Below, piece by piece: positions 18,943 through 19,760 of a DNA stretch of 19,760 nucleotides (positions within the stretch are counted from its first letter, which is position 1; each line of letters starts with the position of its first letter). The stretch is taken from assembly GCF_006345805.1 (NCBI RefSeq), contig NW_021824176.1:1-19760 (forward strand), in the 5' to 3' direction. A program made the position numbers and the translations under genes. This DNA comes from Octopus sinensis. Lineage: Eukaryota. The notes under the pieces were generated by a model. That model did not search any database, was not told the DNA's origin, and saw nothing but the letters and a program-made list of their open reading frames with translations.

Positions 18943-19485
18943 TTGGGTTGTCCGGAAAGTTCGTGCCGATTTATAATAGCTTACCTTTCAACTTATTTTA
19001 GAATATGGTTGAGTCCATAAAATAGGATTTGAGCACAGTTTAAGCTATCTTTTCGTAGAAGAAGGTGTATATACACAAATACACAAACCTGTGTTAATTT
19101 TGTAACCCTTTAAAATGGAAGATAAGAAAGTTGATGCTTTGGGAACCAGACAAAAATTGCTGCAGCTCGGCTGGGTTGTGTTACCCAACCCTCCATATCC
19201 ACTTATTCAGGTCTCTGCAGATATCAACTTATTCAGGTCTCTGCAGAATAGTCTTAATGGTAAAAATTTCAATTCCTTAGATGACGTAAAAAGATACCTT
19301 GATGAATTCTTTACCATGAAACCACCGCAACTCTGGGAAGAGAGTATTTTCAAGTTAAAGGAAAGATGGAAATGCATTGTGCAACAAAATGATTCATATT
19401 TGGTTGATTAAAAAATGTAATGGCAAGTATGTATTGACCTTTTTCTTTCCTTTAAAAATCGGCACGAACTTTCCGGACAACCCAA
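18943..19485 (+). mobile_element. Non-autonomous internally deleted mariner element, copy 2
   Basis: Perfect 30-bp TIRs and TA TSD at 18941-18942 and 19486-19487. It has the same N/C-terminal junction (TTGGGAACCAGACAAAAA) as copy 1. ORF 19115-19411 reads MEDKK...ERWKCIVQQNDSYLVD. Confidence 0.95.
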
Positions 19486-19760
19486 TATTTGTATGTATGT
19501 CAGCTATTATTCAGCTTTATTTCAAGATTTCTTACCAATAAAGAAAGCTGATTTCTAACCTAGATCCAAGACGCCTACATTGAAATTTCAACATCAACAA
19601 GGTATTTTTGTATGTATTTGTGTATACATGCAGATTTGTATGTTTTATTTTATATATGTATTCTCATGCATACAGCTGCATGTCTAGACAAGCTCATATA
19701 TACTTAAATGATAAACTTCTGGAAAGTTTTACAGATTTTTACAGTTCCAGTGATGGCTTG

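Overview
Eukaryotic non-coding DNA that is AT-rich and saturated with repeats, almost certainly octopus/cephalopod. That assignment rests on SINE families recognised from memory, not on a database search. I can support no intact host protein-coding gene. The supplied ORFs are microsatellite read-throughs or transposase remnants. The window holds many microsatellites, two tRNA-SINE families (including a dimeric copy and one copy with a 15-bp TSD) and two copies of a ~550-bp internally deleted mariner with TIRs and TA TSDs. It also holds a second mariner 3' fragment, a decayed Tc1 transposase, a CR1-like LINE remnant, a Helitron-like fragment and two long fold-back palindromes. The most interesting signal is a cluster of minimal type I hammerhead ribozyme (HHR) motifs from three sequence families. 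Four have intact CUGANGA/GAAA/UH cores (3850-3910 -, 4741-4801 +, 5163-5199 +, 16950-17006 -), and several more are decayed. They sit in short Penelope-like termini next to (TA)n/(CA)n microsatellites. Two of them face outward in the arms of a ~1.45-kb inverted duplication.
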